From: an uncultured Verrucomicrobiae bacterium
GTDB taxonomy: Bacteria; Verrucomicrobiota; Verrucomicrobiia; Opitutales; JABDGR01
Reading direction: 5' to 3'
NCBI GenBank assembly: GCA_963765205.1
Contig: CAVXVB010000009.1
Coordinates: 736,001-800,000, forward strand
Length of the DNA: 64,000 nt
The translations under genes and the position numbers were made by a program. Shown here in pieces: positions 9,694-20,053 of the stretch. Below the pieces are notes generated by a model. That model searched no databases and was not told where the DNA came from. It saw nothing but the letters and a program-made list of their open reading frames with translations. The first letter of the stretch is position 1, and every line of letters starts with the position of its first letter.

Positions 9694-10719
9694 TCAGCCT
9701 TTGGCGCCCCCCGCGCGCCCGGCCCACGCGGCGGCAAGGCGTTGTTTTTGGCAGCGCAGGTAATGGCGGAAATGAAACGGCCGCAGCAATTGAAAATATT
9801 TGCGGCGGCGAAACCATTTGCTGCCGGTCCGGCCGCCGGCCTTGATGTTCAGGCACCAATCCACCACCGTTTCGCAGAGCATTTTATCGGAGAACCAGCG
9901 CTCCCATTCCTGCCTCGCCCGGTCGCCCATCTCCCGGGCCCGCGGTTCCAGCCCTTCCAGCAGGACGGGTAGGTCGCGCACCCGCGCTTCCGGCACCCGG
10001 AGGGAAAAATCCGACCACGCCGGGCCGGCGGGGGCCACCCAGTCATCGGAAATGATCACCGGCGCGCGCCCCATGCGCATGGTTTCAAACAAACGAATGG
10101 ACGAGCAGCCCACCCCCCGCGGACACAGCACAAATTTGCTATCCCGCACCAGTTGCTGATAATTGCGGTTCAGGGTGTTGATGGCCTCCGTATCGCCCGC
10201 CGTGTAAGCCGCCACAGTTTGCCCGGAGGTGTCCAGAAGATGAAAACGCGGATGACTCAACTGCCGCAAGGATTGCCGGACGGGGTGGTTGCAGCACGAC
10301 CCCGCAAAGGTGAACAGCCAGGGCGCGTCCGGCGCAAAGGGTTGCCGTTCAAACCGATCCACGTTTGTAATGTGGGCATAGAGTCCGGCACACGTCCAGT
10401 GTGGATCATGCCAGCGTCGTTCGATGGAAGCATAAACCCCCGGCAGCAGAGCCAGGGGTTGGTCCACGTCGCAAAAGACGAAACACTTTTCCGGAAAACG
10501 CTGGTATAATTCACTCTGGAGGATCGCGGCCTGATACGGGGCGGGACCGCCGTCACAAAACAAAATGATGTCCGCTTGGGCAGGATGGTCCGTGCGCTGA
10601 TGTTTTTCGGTGCCGCCCAGCGTGGCGCTCAGCGCAAACAATTTATAGGATCCGCAAGCATGGCTGTTCTGCGTCGAGTTGTCCACTTGGAGGGTTTTGA
10701 GCAGGAAAGAGGCCATCAA
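9694..10719 (-). CDS. Exostosin-family (GT47) glycosyltransferase
   Basis: SKFVLCPRGVGCSSIRLFETMRMGRAPVIISD; paralogue of 5443-6459. Confidence 0.85.
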   Translation of the reverse strand: MMASFLLKTLQVDNSTQNSHACGSYKLFALSATLGGTEKHQRTDHPAQADIILFCDGGPAPYQAAILQSELYQRFPEKCFVFCDVDQPLALLPGVYASIERRWHDPHWTCAGLYAHITNVDRFERQPFAPDAPWLFTFAGSCCNHPVRQSLRQLSHPRFHLLDTSGQTVAAYTAGDTEAINTLNRNYQQLVRDSKFVLCPRGVGCSSIRLFETMRMGRAPVIISDDWVAPAGPAWSDFSLRVPEARVRDLPVLLEGLEPRAREMGDRARQEWERWFSDKMLCETVVDWCLNIKAGGRTGSKWFRRRKYFQLLRPFHFRHYLRCQKQRLAAAWAGRAGGAKG

Positions 10720-10743
10720 TCGAATGGTTGGGGTGTTTCTGGT

Positions 10744-11526
10744 TCACGAGGCCGGCCGGCTCTTCATCCAGAACCAACTCATCAGGCAGGGCCGGCCTTC
10801 GTTCATGGTCGAAATAACTTCGCCCCGCAACCAGGGGAGGCGCGCGAGCCTGTTCTTGAAGGGAAAGTCATCGAAGGTGCGCCATTGTCCAGCCACGGCT
10901 GTCAATTGATGGGTTTGCTCAAATCTCTGCCGGAGCAATTCCGCGCAACCCGGTATATAAACGTCGTGGCTTTCAACCAGCAAATCGGCGGCGGCCAGCG
11001 CGGGGATTTTTTCCGGATCGAGCAAAACGGTTTCGTAGCCCTCGACGTCCATGACGATGAGGGTGCCGGCCCCCGCCCCGACGCTGGCGGCAAAATTTTC
11101 CAGCTCGCACCGGCCCAGCACGCACAGGCGGTCGGCGACGCCATTGACTTCCGCCAATTCGCGCAAGCGACGTTGTTGCTCCGGCAGCATTTCAAACGCA
11201 TCCACCCGCACCCGGGGATTCTGAAGCAGTATCCCGACGGCATAGTAGCCTTCCGCCGCCCCCACATTGACCACACGCTGGTAATTTCGGGTCAGAATTT
11301 CCCGCCAGGCCGGGCGCAACTCCTTTTCCCAAGTGCCGAGCAGCATGCCTGTGGGAAAGGTTTTTGGGAATTTCATGCCGGCAAAGGCGCCTTCCGCCAC
11401 GCGGCCATGGGTCCAGACATCGAGGCAAGTGCGAACAAAAAGCGTCCGCGGCGCCTTGAAGGGACGCACAAAATTGCGCACCGCCTCCGGCGTCCACCGG
11501 GCATAAAGATTTTTTAAGGAGCGCAT
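10744..11526 (-). CDS. SAM methyltransferase-like protein (FkbM-related)
   Basis: GTWEKEL, NVGAAEGYYA and MDVEGYE motifs; paralogue of 35668-36441. Confidence 0.75.
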   Translation of the reverse strand: MRSLKNLYARWTPEAVRNFVRPFKAPRTLFVRTCLDVWTHGRVAEGAFAGMKFPKTFPTGMLLGTWEKELRPAWREILTRNYQRVVNVGAAEGYYAVGILLQNPRVRVDAFEMLPEQQRRLRELAEVNGVADRLCVLGRCELENFAASVGAGAGTLIVMDVEGYETVLLDPEKIPALAAADLLVESHDVYIPGCAELLRQRFEQTHQLTAVAGQWRTFDDFPFKNRLARLPWLRGEVISTMNEGRPCLMSWFWMKSRPAS

Positions 11527-11716
11527 GGAGATTTGATAAGAGCAGTGGAAACGCCATTTTTTTTGAATCAGCAGTTTTGTCCGAGATTAATCCACGCAAG
11601 TCACCAAAATTAAAATGTCTTTTAGGCAGCCGGGATTCGACGGAGAGGATTGACCAACCGCCAGCAGGCCCGACTTCAAGATTGGGCGCGGCGCCCCTTT
11701 ATACCTTTTCGTCAGC

Positions 11717-13306
11717 TCAACGCGACGGGTCCGCCGCCGGCACCTCAAACAAATAGGCGGCCGATTCAAACCGCTCGACCGAGTCCAGCAACCGCGCGTG
11801 CCCGCGAAGATACGCCACCGCGCGCTTTCGCTCCGACACGGGTCCGATGTAAATCTCGGGTAGAATCAGCCAGAATCGTGTCCCTGGCGGCAGCGCATCG
11901 AACTGCGCCTGCTGTTGTGGCCACGGTCGGTCGAAGCCATCGGCACCCAAGACGGGTGCGATTTTCCCATAATCGTGCCAGCGATTATAAAGGTTGAAGG
12001 TCGGTGTCGAAGCGGCGTCCACTACCAACCACTTGGCCCCGCCGGGTCGCAGCGCGACTAGGCGCATCACGTCCGTAATGCCTTCGTGATTAAGGGGCCG
12101 CAGGGTGCGCAGGCCACACCAATACAGAGGCGTGGCGAACAACACCGCCGCCACCACCCACGCCACCGCGCGCGTCCCGCGAAACGCCCGCGCCAGCGCC
12201 GCCAGGCCGGCGGCCAGCAGCAGCGCAAGGCCGGGGGTGGCAAACACCAACAACCGCTCTTCCAGCGGATACAGGCGCGCCAGCGAAAATCCAGCCGCCA
12301 CCACCAGCGGCCCGGCCACCCAACCCAGCCGCGCCGACTCGACCCGCAGCCACGCCACCGTTCCCAACGCCATCACCAGCCCGCTCAAGATCGCCACCGC
12401 GCCGGAAAAACCGAGCACCTGCGCAAACACGGTTCGCGCGATGGAAGCCAGCGCCGCGAGATCCGCCGGCGACCGCACCAACACCCGCAGATATTCCTGA
12501 TTGATATCCATGTTCAGCAGTGCCGCCGTCACCGGATTGCCGCGGATGAAGGCCGCATATTGGACGCCGAACGAAACCGCCGACACCGCGAACGCCGCCG
12601 CGCCCAAGCCGGCGGCCCGCCAGCGACGGGCGCCGGCCAACACCGCGAGCGTGGTTGCGCCCACCCCGGCGAGCACAAACACGGAGCCGAAGGTAAACCA
12701 AGGCAGCACGGCGAACACCGCACCCGCCGCGGTCCACCGCACCGCATGCCAGCCGCCTTCCCGCACCCATAACACCAACACGGTCACGCCCACGGCCGCC
12801 AGCGCATCCAACTCATAGGGTTTAGCCTGGTTCGCGTAATCCGCCAGCACCGGGTTGAACGCCACGCCCACGGCCGCCCAAAAGCCCACCCAAGGATCAT
12901 GCGGGCACAATTTCCCGCACAGATAGGGCAGGAGCGCCAGCACGCTCAGACCCGCCAGCAACGACGGAAGCCGAAGCACCCAAGCCGATTCCCCCAGGAT
13001 TACGGCCAAGAACTTTAAAAGCCACAGATATCCCAGTGGGGCCGCCTGCCCCAAGTCCAGCGGCCTCAGCAATCCGGCGAAATCCCGCGTGCATACATTC
13101 CACGCCAACATCGCTTCGTCGAGCCACAGATCTTTCCCCTGAAAAAATTTCACCAACCGCAGCACCGCGCCGGCCGCCAGGATCAACCCGGTCCAGCGCG
13201 CCAGGTCCATCGTCCCACCCACGGTAACCCCCTTGCGGTTGGCCAGAGTGTGTGCGGATGCCCTCATGAATTTTTCCTGGATGCGATTGCGGTCCAACCC
13301 AAGCAC
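11717..13306 (-). CDS. GT-C (PMT_2/ArnT-like) membrane glycosyltransferase
   Basis: LWLDEA, P.GY.WL and KPY motifs with many TM helices; start uncertain. Confidence 0.8.
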   Translation of the reverse strand: MLGLDRNRIQEKFMRASAHTLANRKGVTVGGTMDLARWTGLILAAGAVLRLVKFFQGKDLWLDEAMLAWNVCTRDFAGLLRPLDLGQAAPLGYLWLLKFLAVILGESAWVLRLPSLLAGLSVLALLPYLCGKLCPHDPWVGFWAAVGVAFNPVLADYANQAKPYELDALAAVGVTVLVLWVREGGWHAVRWTAAGAVFAVLPWFTFGSVFVLAGVGATTLAVLAGARRWRAAGLGAAAFAVSAVSFGVQYAAFIRGNPVTAALLNMDINQEYLRVLVRSPADLAALASIARTVFAQVLGFSGAVAILSGLVMALGTVAWLRVESARLGWVAGPLVVAAGFSLARLYPLEERLLVFATPGLALLLAAGLAALARAFRGTRAVAWVVAAVLFATPLYWCGLRTLRPLNHEGITDVMRLVALRPGGAKWLVVDAASTPTFNLYNRWHDYGKIAPVLGADGFDRPWPQQQAQFDALPPGTRFWLILPEIYIGPVSERKRAVAYLRGHARLLDSVERFESAAYLFEVPAADPSR

Positions 13307-13389
13307 GGATCAACCATTTTTTTTGGAGTCCAGCGGGAGCCCGTCCACAGCCGAACCGGTGCCGCTTGGCCGGGGATAGGTGGAGAAGA

Positions 13390-14463
13390 TTATTGCGTGA
13401 GCCGGCGGTAAACCCATTCCGTCTCCCGGGCCGTGCGGGCCCAGCTAAATTGCGCCGCCCGGGCATAACCCGCCCGGCGCAGTTCCCCCACCAAGGTTGG
13501 TTCCCGCAAGATGCGCGTCAGCGCGGCGGCCAGCGCGGGCGCCTCCGGCTTGGCGTAGAGTGCCGCGTCGCCCCCCACCTCCGCCAAACTCCCGGCGGGT
13601 GATGAGACGACCGGCGCGCCGCACGCCATCGCTTCCAGCACCGGCAAGCCGAAGCCTTCATAAACGGAAGGCACCACACACGCCGTGGCTCCCGCGTAGG
13701 CGCGAACCAGTTCCGCATCGGTCGGGCGGGGCAGCGAAAGCACGCGCGCGGCAAATCCCCGCGTGGCGATGTCGCGCAATTCCTCTTCCGAGAACGGGGG
13801 ACCGGCACACACTAAATCCACTTCGGGATGCGCCGGGGCGAGCTGGGCGAAGGCCGCCAGGGCGGCGGAAAAGTTTTTATAGCCGGCCCGATTGCCCACG
13901 CACAGAAAATACGGCCGGCCCGGGGGCGGGGCGGGCTGGGCGCAAAAGTGGGTGGCCAGCGGCACCACCGTGATCCGCCCGGCGGGCACAGCATACAGCC
14001 GTTGCAAATCCGCCGCGGTGGCCTGGGAAATGGCGATGACCTGGTCCGCCACCGCCAGCGCCGCGCGGCGCTCCTCCAAAAGTTTTCCGGGATGGATAAA
14101 CAATTCGGGAATCAGGTCATACACCGTGTAAATCACCCGCGCGCCCCGCCGCCGCGCCGCGCCCAGCCAATGCGGGCACGGGTAGTGGGCCAGATGGATG
14201 AGCGCGGGCCGGGTGACTCGGCAAGCGCACGCGCTGAGCAGCGATCGCAGATGTTCGCGCACCCGGGCGGGCCGGAACCAGGGCACCCGCACCACGCGCA
14301 AATCCGCCGGTCGCGCCGCCCCGAGCGCCGCCACAAACGGCCCGTCAATCGTGACGCAGGTCTCCGCCAGCCCGGCGACCACATGGTGCAGGTAGCGGCC
14401 GATGCCTCCACTTCCAACCCAATTCACAAAGTAAGCGTGTTGTTTCATCGGCCCCAGCGACAC
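13390..14463 (-). CDS. GT4 glycosyltransferase (mannosyltransferase-like)
   Basis: YKNF, PSVYEGFGLPVLEAMACG and FSWARTA motifs. Confidence 0.92.
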   Translation of the reverse strand: MSLGPMKQHAYFVNWVGSGGIGRYLHHVVAGLAETCVTIDGPFVAALGAARPADLRVVRVPWFRPARVREHLRSLLSACACRVTRPALIHLAHYPCPHWLGAARRRGARVIYTVYDLIPELFIHPGKLLEERRAALAVADQVIAISQATAADLQRLYAVPAGRITVVPLATHFCAQPAPPPGRPYFLCVGNRAGYKNFSAALAAFAQLAPAHPEVDLVCAGPPFSEEELRDIATRGFAARVLSLPRPTDAELVRAYAGATACVVPSVYEGFGLPVLEAMACGAPVVSSPAGSLAEVGGDAALYAKPEAPALAAALTRILREPTLVGELRRAGYARAAQFSWARTARETEWVYRRLTQ

Positions 14464-14504
14464 AGAATTTTTTTCCGACGGGCGGTTCTTTTGAACGGGC
14501 TAGT

Positions 14505-15311
14505 TTAATCGCGTTGCAGCCACACCGCCAGGCCGACGTCCAGGCGTCTCCGCCAGGCCCGGGGTAGTTTTTGCAGAAAATCGTCCACCGCGCGCGCCGC
14601 GCCCGCGGGGATCACCCGCAACACCGGACCCAGCCGGCAGTGGCCGTTTAAGAAAAACGAGGTGTGCAACCGCAATTCGCGCACGCGCCATCCGGCGCGT
14701 TGGGCCAGCGTGGACAACTCATCCTCGTGCAGGAGAAAGATATGGTCCCCGCCATCGGGGCCGAATTGGCGCGCCTCAAACAAGGTCGGATCCGGGCAGT
14801 CGGAAAACTTCGGCAGACGATTGCGAAAATAGCCTCCGTTCGGCGTGGTGAGCACGGCATGGCCGCCGGGCCGGGCCAGCTTCGCCAGTTGCGCCAGGAA
14901 AGCGTCCGGATGCGCGACATGCTCGATAATTTCCGTGGCCAGCACCACGTCAAACGGCGCGGGGAAGGCCAGCTCGAACGCGTTGCCAGGACGGTAGGCG
15001 ACTTTTCCGCGCTCGTATTTCAGTTGGGTGTAACCCGCCAGATCCGCGCGCAAATCGTTCCAGGTGACATCGTAGCCGGCTTCCGCCAGCGCCAAAGTGA
15101 AATTGCCCTGCCCGGCGGCCACATCCAGCACGCGCGCCGGCGGTGGCATCGCGAGGCGCACCAATTCCAACGTGATCGCAAAACGACGCCGGTAGGCAAG
15201 CGTGTAACCAAGTTGGGCGCGCGAGCCACCCCATTCCAGACGGTCAAAACCGCCCGCATGTTGCCACGCTTGGGGCCAGTCGGGTTGAATGGCGGGGAGT
15301 TTCATTTGCAA
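14505..15311 (-). CDS. Class I SAM methyltransferase (UbiG-like fold)
   Basis: VLDVAAGQG, FDVVLATEIIEHV and LTTPN motifs. Confidence 0.88.
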   Translation of the reverse strand: MQMKLPAIQPDWPQAWQHAGGFDRLEWGGSRAQLGYTLAYRRRFAITLELVRLAMPPPARVLDVAAGQGNFTLALAEAGYDVTWNDLRADLAGYTQLKYERGKVAYRPGNAFELAFPAPFDVVLATEIIEHVAHPDAFLAQLAKLARPGGHAVLTTPNGGYFRNRLPKFSDCPDPTLFEARQFGPDGGDHIFLLHEDELSTLAQRAGWRVRELRLHTSFFLNGHCRLGPVLRVIPAGAARAVDDFLQKLPRAWRRRLDVGLAVWLQRD

Positions 15312-16192
15312 CCTCCGTCAGACGGATTATTATTTCGAGCGGGCGGGCGGCCCGCCAGCCACAGACGCCCACCCATTGCCGCATAAACCGCCACTTTGGC
15401 CAGTTGCCTCCAACTGCCGCGCGCGCGCCCTTGCCGCAAGAAGCGCGGCCACTCCACCAGCAATTCGCGGGTTGCCAAACGCAGGTGAACCCGGGCCTGG
15501 TCGCGGACGGAAACCCCGGGATGCAGGCGCAGATACAAATAAAACGACTCCCGGTATTGCGCCAGGGATTTTAGTCCCCGCTGCGTGCGCCACGGATGGC
15601 AAACACCCGCACCGGGCGCAAAGCCAAAACGATGCCCGGCCGCCGTCAACCGCTCGCGGAAATCCACATCCTCCATCGTGGCGAAGCGGAATCGCTCGTC
15701 AAAACCCTTCAGCGCCTGAAAAATTGCGCGGCGCACCGCCAGGTTGCACGACCACAAATAACCCCCGTGCGTGTTCACCGGCGCGGCCTCGTTCAAATAC
15801 CGCTGGGGCCGATCCGCCCGGGTCGGGCCTTCCCAGGCCGCGCAAGCGGGTTCGGCCATGATGGCGGCGGCCAGACCCGCCAGCCAGCCCGCGTCCGGCA
15901 GACAATCATCATCGGTGAAGGCCAGCCATTCAAATTTTGCGCGCGCCGCGCCGTGGTTGCGGTTGGACGCCGGCCCCCGCCGCGGCCCGGCTACCCACTG
16001 CGCCCAGGGAAATTGCGTTTGCACCAAATGGCATACCGCCGCGTCCGCGCTGTCGTCGGTCACGATCACCTCGTAATCCTGGGCCGGAAAAGTTTGCGCG
16101 CCCGGCGCCAGCCGCGCGAGGCACTCGGCCAGTTGCTCCGGCCGCGCGCACGCCGGCACCACGACTGAAAATTGGACGGGCATCGGATTCAT
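15302..16192 (-). CDS. GT2 glycosyltransferase
   Basis: FSVVVP, VTDD, FTDDDC and FDERF..MEDVD motifs. Confidence 0.9.
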   Translation of the reverse strand: MNPMPVQFSVVVPACARPEQLAECLARLAPGAQTFPAQDYEVIVTDDSADAAVCHLVQTQFPWAQWVAGPRRGPASNRNHGAARAKFEWLAFTDDDCLPDAGWLAGLAAAIMAEPACAAWEGPTRADRPQRYLNEAAPVNTHGGYLWSCNLAVRRAIFQALKGFDERFRFATMEDVDFRERLTAAGHRFGFAPGAGVCHPWRTQRGLKSLAQYRESFYLYLRLHPGVSVRDQARVHLRLATRELLVEWPRFLRQGRARGSWRQLAKVAVYAAMGGRLWLAGRPPARNNNPSDGGCK

Positions 16193-16944
16193 GTTTTGCG
16201 CGCCGCCGGTGTCGGCGCCTCCGCGCCCCATTGGCGATACAACGACACCAGCCGCCGCGCCGCCCAGTAGCGCGGCAAAAATTTGCCCGGGTCACGCACG
16301 CAGCGCACCAGCCAGCCGAGGCGCGCGCGGTCCGCCCAGTCGGGAATCCGCGCCTGCTCGCCGGTCATAAACGCAATCGCCGCGCCCGTGCACAGGATGG
16401 TCGGCCGGTAATCCAGCCGCGCCTTCAGCCACGCGCCGAGTTTTTCCTGCGGCCCGCCGCCGACCCCGATGAAAATAAATCGCGGCCGCCGCACCCGGAT
16501 CAATTCCAGTAAAACTTCGTCCCGCACCGCCGCGGCATCGTAAAGCGGCGCGGCATACCAGGCGCTCGGGGTCGTCGCCAACCCCCGTTCGCGCGCCAAC
16601 CACTCCCGCGTGCGCGTCGCCGAGGCGGGCGACGGCGCGACCCACAGCGCCGACTCCGGCTGCGCCACCTCGGGCAATTTCAAAAATTCGTCCAAAAAGT
16701 AATACCCGGAAAGGCGCGAGAGCTTTCGCTTTTGCCGCCACTCGTCCAGCCACGCCAGCAACCCGCTGTCGAGCAGACGCACGTCGGCGGCGGCCAGCGC
16801 CGCGCGGTAGGCGCCATCCTCCGGCAGCGTCGCCAAGCCCGGCCCCGACGGCGCCACCACCAATCCGCCCGCGCGCGCCACTTGCACCGCCTCGGCCACG
16901 GTGCCCTGGAAAAAATCCAACCCCAGTATTCGCACGGCGTTCAT
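16189..16944 (-). CDS. WecB/TagA/CpsF (GT26) glycosyltransferase
   Basis: IGVGGGPQEKLG, GAAI.F and LGWLVRC..DP..F.PRY motifs. Confidence 0.85.
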   Translation of the reverse strand: MNAVRILGLDFFQGTVAEAVQVARAGGLVVAPSGPGLATLPEDGAYRAALAAADVRLLDSGLLAWLDEWRQKRKLSRLSGYYFLDEFLKLPEVAQPESALWVAPSPASATRTREWLARERGLATTPSAWYAAPLYDAAAVRDEVLLELIRVRRPRFIFIGVGGGPQEKLGAWLKARLDYRPTILCTGAAIAFMTGEQARIPDWADRARLGWLVRCVRDPGKFLPRYWAARRLVSLYRQWGAEAPTPAARKT

Positions 16945-18932
16945 GCGGGTGAAACAGGCGCGACGACACGGGCTTGAGACAATTTCGCCACCACATTTTC
17001 CGGCGGAGGTTCGGGGCGGTTCTGCGCCAAATCCAGAAAATAGGCGACCAGTTCCTTTTCAAAGCGCGGCAGGTTAAAGTAATCGCGCGCCAGTTCGGCG
17101 GAACGCGCGCCCAGGCGGGTGGCCGTCTCCGGTTCGTTCGCCAAGGTTTGCAGCGCGGTAATCCAGCCCGCCGCCTCACCGGGCGCGACATCGTAACCGA
17201 TGCCCAGCGCGGCAGGCGTCAAGTCGAGCGCGCCCGTCCGAGTCATCACCACCGGCCGCCCGCAGGCAATGGCTTCCAGCAGGTTGGTGAAGCCCGAGGC
17301 GTCGTCCGGGTCCGGCCGCAGCGGGATCAGGACCGCGCGCGCGCCGTGGTAAAGTTCGCGCAATTGCGCGTCGTCAATCGTGCTGTGCGGGTGCTGCCGG
17401 TCGCGCACGCGCCAGGTGACGTTCGCCGGCGCCTGCGCCGGCCAGTCAGCGGGGCCGAGAATCACAAACGGAAACGGCACCGCGCGGGCCGCCGCCAGCA
17501 GCACCGCGTAATCGCGCTGCGTGACCCCCGTCGCCGCAAAATAAGCGCCCGGGCCGCCGGCCGGTGGATAATACACCGTATCCGCCGACCACACCACCCG
17601 CCGCACCCGCGCCCGCGGATGCTCGCGCCGCAGCCACGCTTCAACGTGCGGCGTCAGCGCCAACCAGCCCGCGTAGGCCGCGCGCAGCGGGCGCGCCGCG
17701 GGCAGCCCCCGCAGCGACCGCCAGGAAAATGGGGCGACCGGCTTGTAAATCCACGCCACCAGCCGCGCGCGCACCCAGCCGCACCGCACCGCCAGCGGCG
17801 TGAAAACCAGTTGTCCCGCCGCCACATAGACGATGTCCCCGCCTCGCAATCGCTTCAGCACGAGCCAATCCGCGGCCAAATCCCCAAACCGGCCGCCGCT
17901 GGTTTCCGACAACCAGCGCAAAAAGCGCAGGAATGGTTGCGGGGCCTGCGAGCGCACCGGCCGCACGTCGAAGCCCGCGGCCTCCAGCGCGTCCGCGCCC
18001 CACAAATGCGCGCGCGAGACCGCTTCGCGCCGCCAGCAGCGGTCCAGCCATGGTTCGCTGTAAATGTTCACATAATGCACGACCGGCCGTTTCTGCGCGG
18101 CAGCCGCTTCCCTTTTTCGCGGCCACGCCCGTCGCGCGAGATAGTGCGGCAGGGCCAGCGACAACGGCACCGCCGCCCAATCCCCGTCGCGCACGTCGCG
18201 CACCGCGAGAACTTTGACGGCATAAACCAATCGCTTGAAATAATCCCGCCCCCAGCGCGCCTCGGGTGAAGGCACGGCGGTTTCATTCCAGCGCGCATAG
18301 CGTTCAAAGACCGTGGCCACCGTGTCCGCCGTCAGGCACTCGATGCCCAAAGCAGGGTCGAGCCACACTGCCCAGCCCGCCGCCTGCAACCGGCGGCCCA
18401 GTTCGGCGTCTTCCCCGGCGCGCATTTGCGCGTCATAATTCCCCACCGCCCGCACCGCGCTCCGCCGCACCATGCAACCGGCGGTCACATGCGTGGCCTC
18501 TTTTTGCAAAGTCGGCGTGGGCCGCGCGAACAAATGCCGGCTGCGCCAGCGCAACACGGTGTGGCCCGTGTTCGATTGCAGAAACCAGCCATGCACCGCC
18601 CCCAGGCGCGGCGTGTTCGCGAAATGCGCCAACGCGCGCGCCGCAAAATCCGGCGGCAGGCGGTTGCCCGCATCGCAGCCGAGCACAAACTCCTCCCGCG
18701 CGGTTTCCAGCGCCCGCGCCCGCGCCGCCCCGCGCCCCAAATTACCGCTCTGCCGCAGAACAATGGCGCCCGCCTCCCGCGCGATTTTCACCGAGTCATC
18801 CGTCGAGCCGTCGTCCACCACCAAAATCTCCACGGGTGGGATGGTTTGGGCGCGCAATGCCGCCAGCGCCGCGCCCAGCGTCGCCGCCTGGTTGTAAACC
18901 GGCACGTAAGCATTGTAGGATGGATTAGGCAT
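16941..18932 (-). CDS. Fused GT2-GT4 glycosyltransferase
   Basis: From ATG 18932: VPVYN/VDDGSTD GT2 domain, then a GT4 domain (QRDY, SGFTNLLEAIACGRPVV). The ORF-track extension overlaps the epimerase gene and is spurious. Confidence 0.85.
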   Translation of the reverse strand: MPNPSYNAYVPVYNQAATLGAALAALRAQTIPPVEILVVDDGSTDDSVKIAREAGAIVLRQSGNLGRGAARARALETAREEFVLGCDAGNRLPPDFAARALAHFANTPRLGAVHGWFLQSNTGHTVLRWRSRHLFARPTPTLQKEATHVTAGCMVRRSAVRAVGNYDAQMRAGEDAELGRRLQAAGWAVWLDPALGIECLTADTVATVFERYARWNETAVPSPEARWGRDYFKRLVYAVKVLAVRDVRDGDWAAVPLSLALPHYLARRAWPRKREAAAAQKRPVVHYVNIYSEPWLDRCWRREAVSRAHLWGADALEAAGFDVRPVRSQAPQPFLRFLRWLSETSGGRFGDLAADWLVLKRLRGGDIVYVAAGQLVFTPLAVRCGWVRARLVAWIYKPVAPFSWRSLRGLPAARPLRAAYAGWLALTPHVEAWLRREHPRARVRRVVWSADTVYYPPAGGPGAYFAATGVTQRDYAVLLAAARAVPFPFVILGPADWPAQAPANVTWRVRDRQHPHSTIDDAQLRELYHGARAVLIPLRPDPDDASGFTNLLEAIACGRPVVMTRTGALDLTPAALGIGYDVAPGEAAGWITALQTLANEPETATRLGARSAELARDYFNLPRFEKELVAYFLDLAQNRPEPPPENVVAKLSQARVVAPVSPA

Positions 18933-18955
18933 CGCGACGCACAAATTGTTCCCGA

Positions 18956-20053
18956 TTAATCCTTGGAAGGCAACTGGCCGGCAAACCGCAGCCAGCCCAG
19001 GGTGCGTTCGACCGCCGTGGGCCAGTCCACCCCCGGTTGCCAGCCCAGGCGCGTGATCGCCGGTTCCACCGGAAACCGCCATGTGCACCGCTCCAACAAC
19101 GTTTGTTCCTCCGTGAGCGCCGCCGGTTGCGGCGCGCCGGCATCCAATCCCCGAAACATATCCGGCGCCGGCGGCTTGGGCAACGCGCCCGCCACGGCTT
19201 TTATCACGCGCTTGAGCACGCCGGGAATTTGCGGCGCGACTCGTTGCGTCGACGCATGGACGCGGAGGCGCTCCAGGCGCGCCGCCCATCCGCGCGCCGG
19301 CTGAAACGCGGGCGCTTCCGGCACGTCGTCCGGCGCGATGCCGCACGCCTCGAGCCACGGCGTGAAAAATTCCCGCCACGTTTCCGGTCGCGGGTCATTT
19401 AGCAAAAACGGCTCCCCATCCACCGGCGCCACACAGGCGCGGTCAATCGCCTGCACCAGGTTATCCACGTAAATGGGATTGATGAGGCCGCGGCCGCCGT
19501 CGAGCCAGCCAAACGTCCCCGCGCGCATCGCGCGCACCGCTGCCGTCACCCAGCGCGAACGCGGCCCCCAGACGATCCCCGGACGCAATATCACCAGTTC
19601 CACTGGGCCGTTCGCGCGGGCCTTGCGCCAGCGGCGTTCCGCCTCGGCCTTTGCGCCATTGTAGGGCAATTGCGGGCGGCGGGGCAGGGGGGTCGTTTCC
19701 GTCGTGCCCGGCGCGGGCGTCTGGCCATGCACGGCGGCGGAACTGATAAAAACCAGCCGCCGCAATCCCGCGCGCGCCGCCGCCTCGTAAACCGGCTCAA
19801 TCAAGGATAGAATGATTTTTGGGTCGCCGGTGGCCAGATGCACCAGCGTGTCGCAGCCCTCGAGCGCCTTCGCCAACGCCGCCGCGTTCGTGTAATCCGC
19901 CATCCGCCAATCGAGCGGAAAACGCGCCGTCTGCGCAAGATTCGCCGGACGGTAGAAAATCGGCCGCACCGGCGCGCCCCCGCCCAACTGGTGCAGTTCC
20001 ACCAGACGCACGCCGACAAAGCCCGAGGCTCCCAAAATGGCGATGGGTTTCAT
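18956..20053 (-). CDS. NAD-dependent epimerase/dehydratase
   Basis: GASGFVG, SSAAVHG and YNGAK (YxxxK) motifs. Confidence 0.9.
   Translation of the reverse strand: MKPIAILGASGFVGVRLVELHQLGGGAPVRPIFYRPANLAQTARFPLDWRMADYTNAAALAKALEGCDTLVHLATGDPKIILSLIEPVYEAAARAGLRRLVFISSAAVHGQTPAPGTTETTPLPRRPQLPYNGAKAEAERRWRKARANGPVELVILRPGIVWGPRSRWVTAAVRAMRAGTFGWLDGGRGLINPIYVDNLVQAIDRACVAPVDGEPFLLNDPRPETWREFFTPWLEACGIAPDDVPEAPAFQPARGWAARLERLRVHASTQRVAPQIPGVLKRVIKAVAGALPKPPAPDMFRGLDAGAPQPAALTEEQTLLERCTWRFPVEPAITRLGWQPGVDWPTAVERTLGWLRFAGQLPSKD

Noticed and set aside
18933..19379. N-terminal extension of the 812-aa ORF
   Set aside because: Overlaps the epimerase gene in another frame; the real GT2-GT4 start is ATG 18932.
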